This document shows, in pieces, positions 1 through 8,570 of a stretch of DNA of 39,962 nucleotides. The DNA is from a virus (taxonomy: Duplodnaviria; Caudoviricetes). The translations under genes were made by a program, and so were the position numbers. Every line of letters starts with the position of its first letter. Position 1 is the stretch's first letter. Under the pieces are notes generated by a model. The model saw only the letters and a list, made by a program, of their open reading frames with translations. It searched no databases and was not told the DNA's origin. The stretch covers positions 1-39,962 of IMG/VR virus record IMGVR_UViG_3300031452_000172. One strand, written 5' to 3'.

Positions 1-1044
1 TCACGTTCCCTTTTTGGCCCCTGTGAGGTCGAGTTTGGTGACGACGGTTCGGGCCTTTTCCGAGGTGTCCGCACCCTCCGAATAGTGCTGCGCCATGACG
101 AGCGTTTTCTGCCCGAGGACGCGCCGGATGTCGTCGAGGTCGGCGCCGGCCTCGCGCAGCCGGGTACCGAGGGTGTGCCTGAGCCCGTGCATCGTCAGCC
201 CCGGTTCGACCATACCGGCTTCCTCGAGCTTGACGATCGCCTTGAAGAAAGTCGAGTTGAAGCCGCTCTCGGTCCAAGGGCGGCCGGCCAGGTTGGCGGC
301 GATCGTCACGGCGTCATGCCGCGGCGCCTGAGCCAGCACTTCCAACAGCTCGGGATGCATCGGGACCATGACGGGCACGTCGCGCTTGCTCGTGGTGACC
401 TGGATCATGCCGTCCCGCATCGCGGCCTTCGTGACCTTCAGCACGTCGCCCTTGCGGAGCCCGGTGAACATCGCCAGCGCGATCGGCACCTGCAGGTAGG
501 GCGCGGCGGCTGACAGCACCGTGCGGCTTTCCTGGCGCGTCCACGGCCGGTTCTGATGGGGCTTCGACCGATCGCGCTTCAGCCGCTTCACCCCGTCGGC
601 CGGGTTCCCCTTCATCCACCCCCGGTCCATGGCGTACTCAAACAGGATCGACATCGAGGTGACGACGTAGTTCGCCATCCATCGCCCGCGCTTATCGTAG
701 ATGCGTTCCTGCAGCCCGACCATGAAGGGCCGGTCGATATCGACGAGCGGCATGCCCTCGATGTTCGCGATGGCCTGGAAAGCCCGGTCGTAGCTGATTC
801 GCGTGGCTGGCCGGAGGTCGGCCCATGCCGGGCATTTCCGGTAAGCCTTGATCGTCATGCCGATCGTGCCGGGTGCGGGCTCCTTAGGCTTCTTCCCGGC
901 GTCCAGCTTCGCGATCTCGGCCAAGAACTCGGGCGTGCCGGGTTCCGACGTCAGCCGCGTGCCGGTCGCACGGTGATAGATGTACGTCCGGCCCGTTTTC
1001 GGATGCGTGTAGCGCTTCAGGCCCCTGATCCGGATGATGGTCAT
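1..1044 (-). CDS. int: Tyrosine recombinase / phage integrase
   Basis: Catalytic motifs TGLRKGD (R), HGLRHT (HxxR) and MAQHY (Y); N-terminal arm-binding-like segment. Confidence 0.95.
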   Translation of the reverse strand: MTIIRIRGLKRYTHPKTGRTYIYHRATGTRLTSEPGTPEFLAEIAKLDAGKKPKEPAPGTIGMTIKAYRKCPAWADLRPATRISYDRAFQAIANIEGMPLVDIDRPFMVGLQERIYDKRGRWMANYVVTSMSILFEYAMDRGWMKGNPADGVKRLKRDRSKPHQNRPWTRQESRTVLSAAAPYLQVPIALAMFTGLRKGDVLKVTKAAMRDGMIQVTTSKRDVPVMVPMHPELLEVLAQAPRHDAVTIAANLAGRPWTESGFNSTFFKAIVKLEEAGMVEPGLTMHGLRHTLGTRLREAGADLDDIRRVLGQKTLVMAQHYSEGADTSEKARTVVTKLDLTGAKKGT

Positions 1045-1268
1045 AGCCGGTCGAGCCAGGCCTGAGGCTGCGGCGGCATGGTGCCGTTCAACAGGTCGAT
1101 CCAGCGATCCAGGGCGCGGACGTCGTACCGCTCCAGCCGCTTGCCTTCGCCCATGGCGACCGCCTGGACGGGGCAGACGGCACTGAAGGTCGCGACGCTG
1201 ACGCCGCAGTAGGTCGCGGCTTCAGGTCGCGTCAGCAGCCTCGGCGTGATCGCGGCGGCTTGGCCCAT
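1041..1268 (-). CDS. Excisionase-like HTH protein
   Basis: 75 aa, PRLLTRPEAATYCGVS...RYDVRALDRWID; overlaps the integrase start. Confidence 0.8.
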   Translation of the reverse strand: MGQAAAITPRLLTRPEAATYCGVSVATFSAVCPVQAVAMGEGKRLERYDVRALDRWIDLLNGTMPPQPQAWLDRL

Positions 1269-1729
1269 CAGGGTCTAGCCCCTGCCTTCCACGCCAGATC
1301 AAGGAGTTGCTTCACGAGATGCAACTGTTGCTTTGATGGCTGCCAATAAATCGGCTCCTCCGTGTTTAACTTGACGCGGTAGTCCGAGATGAGGGCTTTT
1401 TGAGACGGACTAAGTTGGAGCTTATTGAGGAACACCGTAAGCCAATCGCGCTTCTGGAAACCACGAAGGTCGTCCCACTTTGGCTTTGTTCGGTAGAATG
1501 GTGGCGGATCTGGCGTCGGAGTGCGTGCGGTACGTTGCCTGCGGAGGGTTGACGGATCCGTCGATGTCCGAACCGCCGCCGCGAGATCGTGGAAGCTGAG
1601 GCCCTTCTCAGCGAGTGTGCGCTGCAGAGCTCGCGCTGCCGCCAATACTTCGCCGTCTTGAGGGCTGTCCAAGAGGCGGATCATCCGCTGGACACGTGGT
1701 AGGATTGTGCTGGGCAGCTCGGCGGTCAT
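1268..1729 (-). CDS. Phage hypothetical protein
   Basis: Translationally coupled to both neighbours; N-terminal LDSPQDGEVLAAARAL...LSFHDLA helical motif. Confidence 0.7.
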   Translation of the reverse strand: MTAELPSTILPRVQRMIRLLDSPQDGEVLAAARALQRTLAEKGLSFHDLAAAVRTSTDPSTLRRQRTARTPTPDPPPFYRTKPKWDDLRGFQKRDWLTVFLNKLQLSPSQKALISDYRVKLNTEEPIYWQPSKQQLHLVKQLLDLAWKAGARP

Positions 1730-2532
1730 CGGACCTCTTTCATGATCGAGATCGCCTCAAGATCGCGAAACAGGGCGTCGTCGATCCGTCTGTCGTTCCA
1801 ATCATTTTCGCGATGCAGACGATAGTGCTCCAGAATCTCCGGAATGGCGGTGAGCTGCATCTCGTGCTCGACGAGAGCGCGAACGATTTCCATGCGAGCT
1901 ACGGCAGCGTGGTCGAGGCCGTAATTTCCCAAGTAGGAGCCGTCCTGCCCCATCGCGTCTTCGAGGTCTTCATTCCGCCCTCGCCAGTAGGCCAGTTCGG
2001 CGCGCGCCTCGTCGAAGGTCCGCGGCATCGGATAGGCATTCTGCACGGCCGCGCGGAGGTCGGCCGGCGCCTTCTCAATATTGTAGAGACTATCCCAGCC
2101 CCTCAACTCCCGCGTCCAACGCTGATCCGGCGGCTTGCACGGCACGCGCCATGGTGCGACGGCCTCGAGGATCATCGCCTCGCGCTCGCAGGGCTCCTCG
2201 ACCGCCTTCAGGCTGCCGTCGCGCTCGATCAATGCGGCACGACGGGCATGCCAGGCCTTCAGCTTCTCCGCTCGTTCGGCACGCTGCCGTTCCATGTCCC
2301 CAGGGTTGTCGATCTCGGTGTGTTCGTCGAAGCCGGCGAACGGGTTATTCGGCGCAGCCTTCCGAGCCTTGTCATAGGCCAGGATGCGCAGGGCTCGGTC
2401 GAAGCCGCCGACCTCGGGCGTCAACAGTGCCTCGGCACGACGCCGGGCGTTGGCGCGCTCTGGCTCGAAGGTGGTGCTACCCATCAGGTCGACGAGCTTG
2501 GCGAACTTCTCGGGCAGGGTAGGGATAGTCAC
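1726..2532 (-). CDS. Phage hypothetical protein (DUF2786-like N-terminus)
   Basis: GTG start at 2532 overlaps the upstream stop; KLVDLMGSTTFEPERANARRRAEALL resembles DUF2786. Confidence 0.65.
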   Translation of the reverse strand: MTIPTLPEKFAKLVDLMGSTTFEPERANARRRAEALLTPEVGGFDRALRILAYDKARKAAPNNPFAGFDEHTEIDNPGDMERQRAERAEKLKAWHARRAALIERDGSLKAVEEPCEREAMILEAVAPWRVPCKPPDQRWTRELRGWDSLYNIEKAPADLRAAVQNAYPMPRTFDEARAELAYWRGRNEDLEDAMGQDGSYLGNYGLDHAAVARMEIVRALVEHEMQLTAIPEILEHYRLHRENDWNDRRIDDALFRDLEAISIMKEVR

Positions 2533-2744
2533 GTCCGCGCCTCCCCAGAGATCCTGGCGGCGACCTCGCGTCCCAGCGGGGTGACGTCGAACGAGGGTTC
2601 GCATCCTCCCTCATCGGCCGTGAGGACGTCGAGCGCCGCCAGCGTGCACGGGCTGCAGATCGCTGCAGTGCTGGCCTCGGTGATTACGAGCCTTGGGACG
2701 TCGTTTTGCGAGCGGCCGCAGAAGCTGCATCGGACGAGCGCCAT
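2529..2744 (-). CDS. Stand-alone ClpX C4-type zinc-finger protein
   Basis: CSFCGRSQNDVPRLV...AAICSPC matches the ClpX N-terminal zinc-binding motif. Confidence 0.85.
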   Translation of the reverse strand: MALVRCSFCGRSQNDVPRLVITEASTAAICSPCTLAALDVLTADEGGCEPSFDVTPLGREVAARISGEART

Positions 2745-3187
2745 TACATCGCCTCCCCGCTGGCCGGTCCGAACAGGTCGGGATGCCGTTCGATGGCGAG
2801 CTGCGCGGCAAGGGCCATCACGTCGGGCGCCATCTCGCGCGCCACGGTTAGGATGGCGCGGTCCTTCGTCTGACGAGCGAGGCGCCCCGCCTCAACGAGC
2901 GCCGCGTTCTTTGCTTCCTTCTCTCGACGGGCCAGGTCCGCGCGACGCTGCTGGAGGCGGGGCAACAGCAGCTTCTTCACGCGCAAGGCCATCTCGGCGC
3001 GGCGGCGCCAGTCCGCCGGCTGGTTCGACGAGTCTTTCGACACCCGCGCGAGCTGGTCCTCGATGCCGGGGATCGCCATTGTCAGCCGGTCGAGGGCGGT
3101 GTCGCATGCCTCCACCGTCGTGAGGCTGTCCAGGGTAACGCCCGGCTCCAGTTCCGGCGGGGCGCGATCGGGCAGGGCGCTCATCAT
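2744..3187 (-). CDS. Phage hypothetical coiled-coil protein
   Basis: 147 aa, helical, coupled to both neighbours. Confidence 0.7.
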   Translation of the reverse strand: MMSALPDRAPPELEPGVTLDSLTTVEACDTALDRLTMAIPGIEDQLARVSKDSSNQPADWRRRAEMALRVKKLLLPRLQQRRADLARREKEAKNAALVEAGRLARQTKDRAILTVAREMAPDVMALAAQLAIERHPDLFGPASGEAM

Positions 3188-4218
3188 CAGGCGACCCTGG
3201 TTTCGGGCTCGGGCTCGGGATCGCCGGTCCGCTCCGGCATCAACCCCAGCAGACCCAGCACGGCTGCGGCCCGACTCGACGGCGGCGGGCTATCGAGACC
3301 ATGGAAAGCGCCGGCGGGGTTGTCGAGCCAGATGCCGCCGACCGGATCCAGGCTTCGATGCGTCTCCCAATTCAGGAACCGGAATTCCATGTCGAGGAAC
3401 GTCCGGTAGCTTTCGACGATCTCGCGAGATGGAGTCATCGGCACCGGATCGGCGCAGACCGTCAAGGCCACCTCCACGATGTTTGAACAGGCTGCCGAAG
3501 CTGTTTCTGCCGTCCTGCGCGCCATCAGCATCCGGCCAAGGTCGACCATAATCGACAAGAGCATCGTCTCGCCGCCCGAATTGCTTGCCTGTTCGGCCAG
3601 TTCCTCCTGGATCCCTTCGATGCCCTGGTAGCAGCTCAGCGCCACCCCGACCTTGCTCAAGATCCCGTCCATGGTCAGCGCCGGCCGACCAATCATGTCG
3701 CGTCTGATAGTGGAGGCCGCTTCGGCGTCTGCCGTGACCTTGTTCCATGCCTCGGGAAACCCGGCCGCATTCAGGGCCGCTTGTCGGTCGGCTCTCCACT
3801 GATCGTAGGCGGCCACGATCTCGTCACGGCGGTGCTGGTGCTCCGGCCGTGAGTACCGGAATGTCCGCAGCTCTTCTAACTTCCGCTCGGCGGTGTACCC
3901 GTAGGGCTCGTCCAGGTTCTGATAGCCGCCGATCGATGCGGCGTCTGTCGCCTCCCTGAACCGCAGAGCGTCAGGGAGCGACACTTCGACGAAAGCGTCT
4001 TCCGCACGATTTAGAGCCTCAAACGACGCCTCGTGAACAGCGGCGAGGCGCTCGTGCTCGCTGGCGAGGTCGATGATCTCGGCGTCGGCGGCATTTGCTC
4101 GGGGGATGAATGGCGCGGTCACGACAGGTGCAAAACCGGGCGCGGTGCCAGTGGACGGTGAACTGCCGGTGAGCTGATGAACTCCGGACGCGGCTGTGGT
4201 ATCGGGATTGGTGATCAT
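3187..4218 (-). CDS. Phage hypothetical protein
   Basis: 343-aa ORF, GAGG RBS upstream, coupled to the next gene. Confidence 0.7.
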   Translation of the reverse strand: MITNPDTTAASGVHQLTGSSPSTGTAPGFAPVVTAPFIPRANAADAEIIDLASEHERLAAVHEASFEALNRAEDAFVEVSLPDALRFREATDAASIGGYQNLDEPYGYTAERKLEELRTFRYSRPEHQHRRDEIVAAYDQWRADRQAALNAAGFPEAWNKVTADAEAASTIRRDMIGRPALTMDGILSKVGVALSCYQGIEGIQEELAEQASNSGGETMLLSIMVDLGRMLMARRTAETASAACSNIVEVALTVCADPVPMTPSREIVESYRTFLDMEFRFLNWETHRSLDPVGGIWLDNPAGAFHGLDSPPPSSRAAAVLGLLGLMPERTGDPEPEPETRVA

Positions 4219-4250
4219 GAACGTTTCCTCGAAGGGGATGGGTGTGGTCA

Positions 4251-4287
4251 GGACCGCCGGCGATCTTTGCAGGAGGGCCGGCGGTCC
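4251..4287. promoter_or_regulatory. Intergenic inverted repeat (11-bp stem) in the early left operon
   Basis: GGACCGCCGGC (4251-4261) / GCCGGCGGTCC (4277-4287); no U-tract. Confidence 0.4.
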
Positions 4288-4305
4288 ACTTTGGAGAGGT
4301 CTGGC

Positions 4306-5052
4306 CTAGAGGCAGTCCTCGCGGTGGATGTTGAGTTCGAAGCCGGGCCGGCTGACCGCGAGGGCGAAGGCTTCGACGGCCGCCTTGGCCGCCAGTGCGC
4401 TGTGCATTTGGCCTCTGCGGCGGCGCTTCTTCAGGATTGCGTCGGCACTGATGTCGAAGGTGTAGGTCTCGATCTCGATCTCGCCGACGCCGCGGTATCT
4501 GAGCGCCTGAACCAGCGGCTTGGCTCGCCGGTGCCCCAGGTCAATCGTCGCAAATGTGCTGAAGCCCTCGCTACCAGCAGTCTGCCCGAAGACATCCTTG
4601 TAGGCTTCGCGACCTGCCGCAAGCGCCTCATCGATCAGTGGATCAAAAGCGTCTGCGGACAGCCATTTTTGGAACTGCTCCTCCTCAGCATCGATAAGCA
4701 CTGCCGCTTTCGCACTGAACGCTGGGTCGTCGAGTGGGTCGGCGTAGGCTTTGGACGGGAACGGAACCGCATCTGGCTCCGTCGGGAGCAGCGCCAGGTC
4801 GGGGCCCCGCGCGCCCTGCATCAGCCGCCGTGTCAGCAGGGCCGTTAAGGCCTGAAAGCCGTCCGCGGCATGCGCGATTTCACGTTGTTGGATAGCGATC
4901 GCGCTCTTGAGGTCGGCGACAGTACAGTGACCAAGGTCGCGCACGATCGTCGTCTTGATCTCCCCCTCGTCATTCATCGCCTCTGCTACGGCGAGCCCTC
5001 CGTGGAGATGTGAAAAATCGATGCTGGGAAGTAGGTCCGGTGTCGGGTTCAT
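4306..5052 (-). CDS. Phage hypothetical protein
   Basis: 248-aa ORF with AAGGA RBS, in the early left operon. Confidence 0.7.
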   Translation of the reverse strand: MNPTPDLLPSIDFSHLHGGLAVAEAMNDEGEIKTTIVRDLGHCTVADLKSAIAIQQREIAHAADGFQALTALLTRRLMQGARGPDLALLPTEPDAVPFPSKAYADPLDDPAFSAKAAVLIDAEEEQFQKWLSADAFDPLIDEALAAGREAYKDVFGQTAGSEGFSTFATIDLGHRRAKPLVQALRYRGVGEIEIETYTFDISADAILKKRRRRGQMHSALAAKAAVEAFALAVSRPGFELNIHREDCL

Positions 5053-5091
5053 GGCTGGTCCTTTGCTGATGGATTGCTGTTCGGCGGAGCG

Positions 5092-5442
5092 TCAGTTCAG
5101 CCGATCGGGCTCGGCGATGTGCAGCCGCAGAGCCTCGGCCTGTTCAATGCAGGCGCAAGGAATCGCGACGATGCGGACGTCGTGCCTCCTGCCGTGCTGG
5201 ATGATCTTTCGGAGGATCGGCATGCCTTTGCAGATCATCTTGTCGATGCCGGAGGGCTTGCTGAAGTCGAACCAGATCCCGAACACGATTTCGGCGTCGT
5301 CGACGATCTCCTGCACGGCGGCGAAGTCGGCGTATCCGGCCCGTCCGTCTCGGCTGGGGCTGTCCTTCAGTTGCTGACTGACGCCTTCGGCCAGAAGGGC
5401 AAGGCGACGATCGAAATCGTCGGTCTCATGCGGGTTCGGCAT
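5092..5442 (-). CDS. Phage hypothetical protein (116 aa)
   Basis: ATG at 5442 preceded by GGAG (MPNPHETDDFDRRL...). Confidence 0.6.
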   Translation of the reverse strand: MPNPHETDDFDRRLALLAEGVSQQLKDSPSRDGRAGYADFAAVQEIVDDAEIVFGIWFDFSKPSGIDKMICKGMPILRKIIQHGRRHDVRIVAIPCACIEQAEALRLHIAEPDRLN

Positions 5443-5764
5443 GGGGGTCTCCGTATTGGTGGGCAGAGGCTTGGTTGGAATGGCGACGGGCCATGACCTG
5501 GTCGACCGTCCACGCCATCCACCGGCAGCCCTCGGGCGTGCTGGCCACGGCCTCCCATCCTGCGATGTCATGAAGTTTTCCGTCGATGCTGACGAAGTGC
5601 CGCGTGCCCAAACCGCTATCGATTACGAGCCGGACACCATGCCGACCCGGCATGTCCTTGACCTCGACGGTGTCGGCGTCGTCGATAGCGTCGCGCAGGT
5701 CCTCGGAGCCGAGTTGGTACAGGGCGGTCGAGCCGGCGTACTGCGGCTCGTCGACGGCGGTCAC
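5426..5764 (-). CDS. Phage hypothetical protein
   Basis: 112 aa; GTG start overlaps the upstream stop. Confidence 0.6.
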   Translation of the reverse strand: MTAVDEPQYAGSTALYQLGSEDLRDAIDDADTVEVKDMPGRHGVRLVIDSGLGTRHFVSIDGKLHDIAGWEAVASTPEGCRWMAWTVDQVMARRHSNQASAHQYGDPHAEPA

Positions 5765-5919
5765 CGCTTCACCTCGGCGACATGCGTGTGGTGCGACACC
5801 GGATCGGGCGGCATCACGGTGACGTAGGCGACGATCCAGGTGGCCAGCACCAGGGTGAAGGCGAGCGCCGATCCGACGTGCTCGACGAGGCTCGGGTCAG
5901 GTTTGCGGACATGGAACAT
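5761..5919 (-). CDS. Small single-pass membrane protein (52 aa), absent from the ORF track
   Basis: MFHVRKPDPSLVEHVGSALAFTLVLATWIVAYVTVMPPDPVSHHTHVAEVKR; GGAG RBS; GTGA overlap with the next gene. Confidence 0.6.
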   Translation of the reverse strand: MFHVRKPDPSLVEHVGSALAFTLVLATWIVAYVTVMPPDPVSHHTHVAEVKR

Positions 5920-6172
5920 CGGTCGCGCTCCAGGTGGAGTTCGTGATGGGAAGGGCAGGGGTGGGGTCGAGCGATAGTTGGGTAATCAACCGTCGGGCGG
6001 CTTCATCAAAGCCGGGATGCCGGTCCAGCGAGCACTGCACGTCGAAGGTGCAAAACCCACCGCCACTGATTGTAGAACCCAACCGGCAGCGCTACGGTTG
6101 AAAAGTGGCCCGGCCGTCATCACACGGCCGAGCCGCGAAGCAACCAACCGCACGAACGATTGGAGACCTCGC

Positions 6173-6319
6173 ATGGGGGAAGTTCTGATATGCGCAACCC
6201 CGCCGAGAAAGCCGCCACCTGGAGACAAGCCGAGGGTCATCGGCGACTCATGGCCGCCGCGAGCGCCGCCGGCGCCGAAGGTGGAGAAGCCAGCAAAGCC
6301 TCCGAAGCCGGAAAAGTGA
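6173..6319 (+). CDS. Small Pro/Lys-rich peptide (48 aa)
   Basis: TGGAGA RBS; MGEVLICATPPRKPPPG...PAKPPKPEK; TGATG coupling to the next gene. Confidence 0.5.
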   Translation: MGEVLICATPPRKPPPGDKPRVIGDSWPPRAPPAPKVEKPAKPPKPEK

Positions 6320-6804
6320 TGGCCGACAGTCGCGCGGACGATACCGAGTTCAACATCGCAGTGGACGTGATCTACAACCGCAACCGCTCCGCTTGGCTGT
6401 TGTGGTGCCATCGCGCGCTGATGTTCGCCACCATCATGCTCGGCTCGGTCGCGGCAACCGACCTTGCGAACGCGAAGGTCTGTGCGGTGCTGGCTGCGGC
6501 CTGTGCCGCGTTCGATCTCGTCTTCGATCCCGCCACCACTGCTGCGGCGCACCGCGAGATCATCCGGCAACTGCACGAGATCGTCGCCGCCCTGCGCCGG
6601 GACAAGGGAAGTGAGGCAGCGGCCGACACGGCGGACAAGGCCTTGATGAACCTGAGCGCCACTGAGCCGGCGCCCTACAACATGCTTCGCGCCCTGGCAT
6701 ACAAGGAAGCCGTGAAGGCCCTTGGCCGCGACCCCGTTCACTGCGAAGACGTGCCGCTGTACCTGCGGCCGTTCGTGAACGTGCTGCGCTTCGAAGGCCG
6801 CTGA
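6319..6804 (+). CDS. Two-TM membrane protein, SLATT-like
   Basis: Two hydrophobic helices (ALMFATIMLGSVAA; VCAVLAAACAAFDLVF) followed by P...AAAHRE and a helical tail. Confidence 0.6.
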   Translation: MADSRADDTEFNIAVDVIYNRNRSAWLLWCHRALMFATIMLGSVAATDLANAKVCAVLAAACAAFDLVFDPATTAAAHREIIRQLHEIVAALRRDKGSEAAADTADKALMNLSATEPAPYNMLRALAYKEAVKALGRDPVHCEDVPLYLRPFVNVLRFEGR

Positions 6805-6916
6805 CTCGAACGCCAGCGGTCCACCCTGAGACGTGGTGCCGATCGCGGCTCGCTTGATGGTGGGCAGGCTGGGTTCTACGGGTGACATGACGGTGTCCAT
6901 CGCAACCGGCGATGTC

Positions 6917-6961
6917 CTAGGAAAGCACAGCTTGCCTTACGTTGGCAAGTTTTGATTTCCT
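6917..6961. promoter_or_regulatory. Two 17-bp operator-like sites (OL-like)
   Basis: GGAAAG-cacag-CTTGCC (6920-6936) and GGCAAG-ttttg-ATTTCC (6944-6960). Confidence 0.65.
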
Positions 6962-7641
6962 CGGTGTCGAATCAGCTCGTATTCGCGCACGACGGTGTCT
7001 GTCGTAACAAAGGAACTGAGCGGCCACTCTTCCTGAATGTCAGCTCTCAACCGCGACAAGATGACCCGTTCACTATCGATAAACAAAACACGCCGCACGA
7101 TCTTGTAGGAACGAAAGTCCGGCTTCGCTTCTTTTTTGAAATGTAGAACCGCATACTCCCCGGCTAACGGCCGTTTGTTTGGATCGACGTAAACTACGTC
7201 GTTGATCTCATACTTTGGACTGAGAGCAACAGTTGAGAAAAACATTGCATATAGACCTGGGTAGTCCTTAAAGAATTCAAATCGCCTTACATAAAAATAA
7301 GGCGCGTCGTTGTATATGTTATATACTCGCGCATCTTCGTCAGAAACATGGAACAACACAGGGAAATCAAAGACGCCAACTGGCCTATCTATGCCAGAGT
7401 TCGGCGACATTCCATAGTAGCTCTGCTGCTCTACTATCAGCGCACCGTGTGTCGCTAGATCTAAGTTCAGCTTGAGTATGGAAATGGCTTTTAGCAGGTT
7501 GTGAGTGGATGGCTCATTAACCCCTGCTTCCCATTGACCTACAGCAGCGCGTGTGACGCCTAGGCTTTTTGCTAGCTCCCACTGCTTCAGCCCCATACGA
7601 AGGCGAGCAGCTTTGATGGCATTTCCGAACGGCGTTGACAT
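6937..7641 (-). CDS. CI-like repressor (XRE HTH plus S24-like C-terminal domain)
   Basis: IKAARLRMGLKQWELAKSLGVTRAAVGQWEAG HTH; PKYEINDVVYVDP S24-like segment; divergent from cro; start may extend to 7698. Confidence 0.88.
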   Translation of the reverse strand: MSTPFGNAIKAARLRMGLKQWELAKSLGVTRAAVGQWEAGVNEPSTHNLLKAISILKLNLDLATHGALIVEQQSYYGMSPNSGIDRPVGVFDFPVLFHVSDEDARVYNIYNDAPYFYVRRFEFFKDYPGLYAMFFSTVALSPKYEINDVVYVDPNKRPLAGEYAVLHFKKEAKPDFRSYKIVRRVLFIDSERVILSRLRADIQEEWPLSSFVTTDTVVREYELIRHRGNQNLPT

Positions 7642-7672
7642 GGCGCTATGTGCTATCCCGGCTATCCCCGGT

Positions 7673-7694
7673 CTAGGAAAGTTTTGCTTGCCTT
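7673..7694. promoter_or_regulatory. 17-bp operator-like site between cI and cro (OR-like)
   Basis: CTAGGAAAGttttGCTTGCCTT is 18/22 identical to 6917-6938 and overlaps a TTGCCT -35-like hexamer upstream of cro. Confidence 0.65.
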
Positions 7695-7722
7695 TCAAGA
7701 TACCGCAGATTACCTGTTCGGC

Positions 7723-7971
7723 ATGGACGATATTCTCAAGTCAGCGATCAGGGATTGTGGTGGGTCTAAGCGGCTCGCGAAATCGCTTGGAATTAGCCAT
7801 CAAGCAATCGGCCAGTGGCAGCGATGTCCTCCGTTACGCGTTTTAGATCTAGAGCGGTTAAGCGGGACTTCGCGGCACATTCTGCGACCCGACATCTATC
7901 CCCCGACGCCGACTCCGACAGCCACTTTCCCGCATAGTGTAGAGGCCTTCGCGGAGCACTCCGCTCCATGA
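7723..7971 (+). CDS. Cro/YdaS-like HTH regulator
   Basis: GGSKRLAKSLGISHQAIGQW...SRHILRPDIY. Confidence 0.88.
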   Translation: MDDILKSAIRDCGGSKRLAKSLGISHQAIGQWQRCPPLRVLDLERLSGTSRHILRPDIYPPTPTPTATFPHSVEAFAEHSAP

Positions 7972-8063
7972 CACCTCTCTACACGGCCATATCGACGCTC
8001 CAGCCCGACTTAAGCCGGAAGCGCCGACATCCGGACGCCACCGCGCCCACAGGTAATGATCCC

Positions 8064-8492
8064 CTACGGCTCGAAACCGATCAGTCGGGCCATGCGAACA
8101 AACTCGCCTTTAGATACACGCCCTTTACCTGCGTGCGCGTCGAGAGCGCTACGAATCGTTTCGCTGAGCAGAGCTGTGCCGTTTGGATCTCTTGTGCCGA
8201 GAATGCGTCGTGTTTGCGCTGGCAAAGTAGCGGGATAGATAGCACCTCCCGACCGCTCGCCACTGATTACTCCCTCATCGTGCATGCGAAGCATCAAGTC
8301 GGAAGCCAGCTCCACCTCCTTGTCCTCGTAGCCTCCGAAGTCACCTTCGTTGAAATCAGCGTCGGTTTTCTCTCCAGGCGAAAAGGCGTGCGAGACGCTC
8401 AGAATATCCGCCGCCGGGTATTTTTGGTGCAACCGCATTATGAGACGCAGGCCGAAGCGGGCCCGCTGTTCAAGTCGCTCTTCATCGGTCAC
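8064..8492 (-). CDS. Hypothetical protein (antisense moron, 142 aa)
   Basis: AGGAGA RBS plus GTG at 8492; opposite strand to the early right operon. Confidence 0.6.
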   Translation of the reverse strand: MTDEERLEQRARFGLRLIMRLHQKYPAADILSVSHAFSPGEKTDADFNEGDFGGYEDKEVELASDLMLRMHDEGVISGERSGGAIYPATLPAQTRRILGTRDPNGTALLSETIRSALDAHAGKGRVSKGEFVRMARLIGFEP

Positions 8493-8570
8493 CGGGTTTC
8501 TCCTATTAGTCGTCCTCCGGACCTTGATGGTGAAACAGCCATTCGCGTTCCGCAAGAGCGCGGCCGGCAG

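Noticed and set aside
1-60. att site or tRNA integration target
   Set aside because: The window begins at the integrase stop; no att core or tRNA is visible.
1615-3123. 502-aa plus-strand ORF and other long shadow ORFs (e.g. 17421-19040, 21248-23470, 25347-27233)
   Set aside because: They overlap well-supported genes on the opposite strand, as expected in high-GC DNA.
5986-6900. 304-aa minus-strand ORF
   Set aside because: Mostly the antisense shadow of the peptide/SLATT-like cassette; no recognisable domain.
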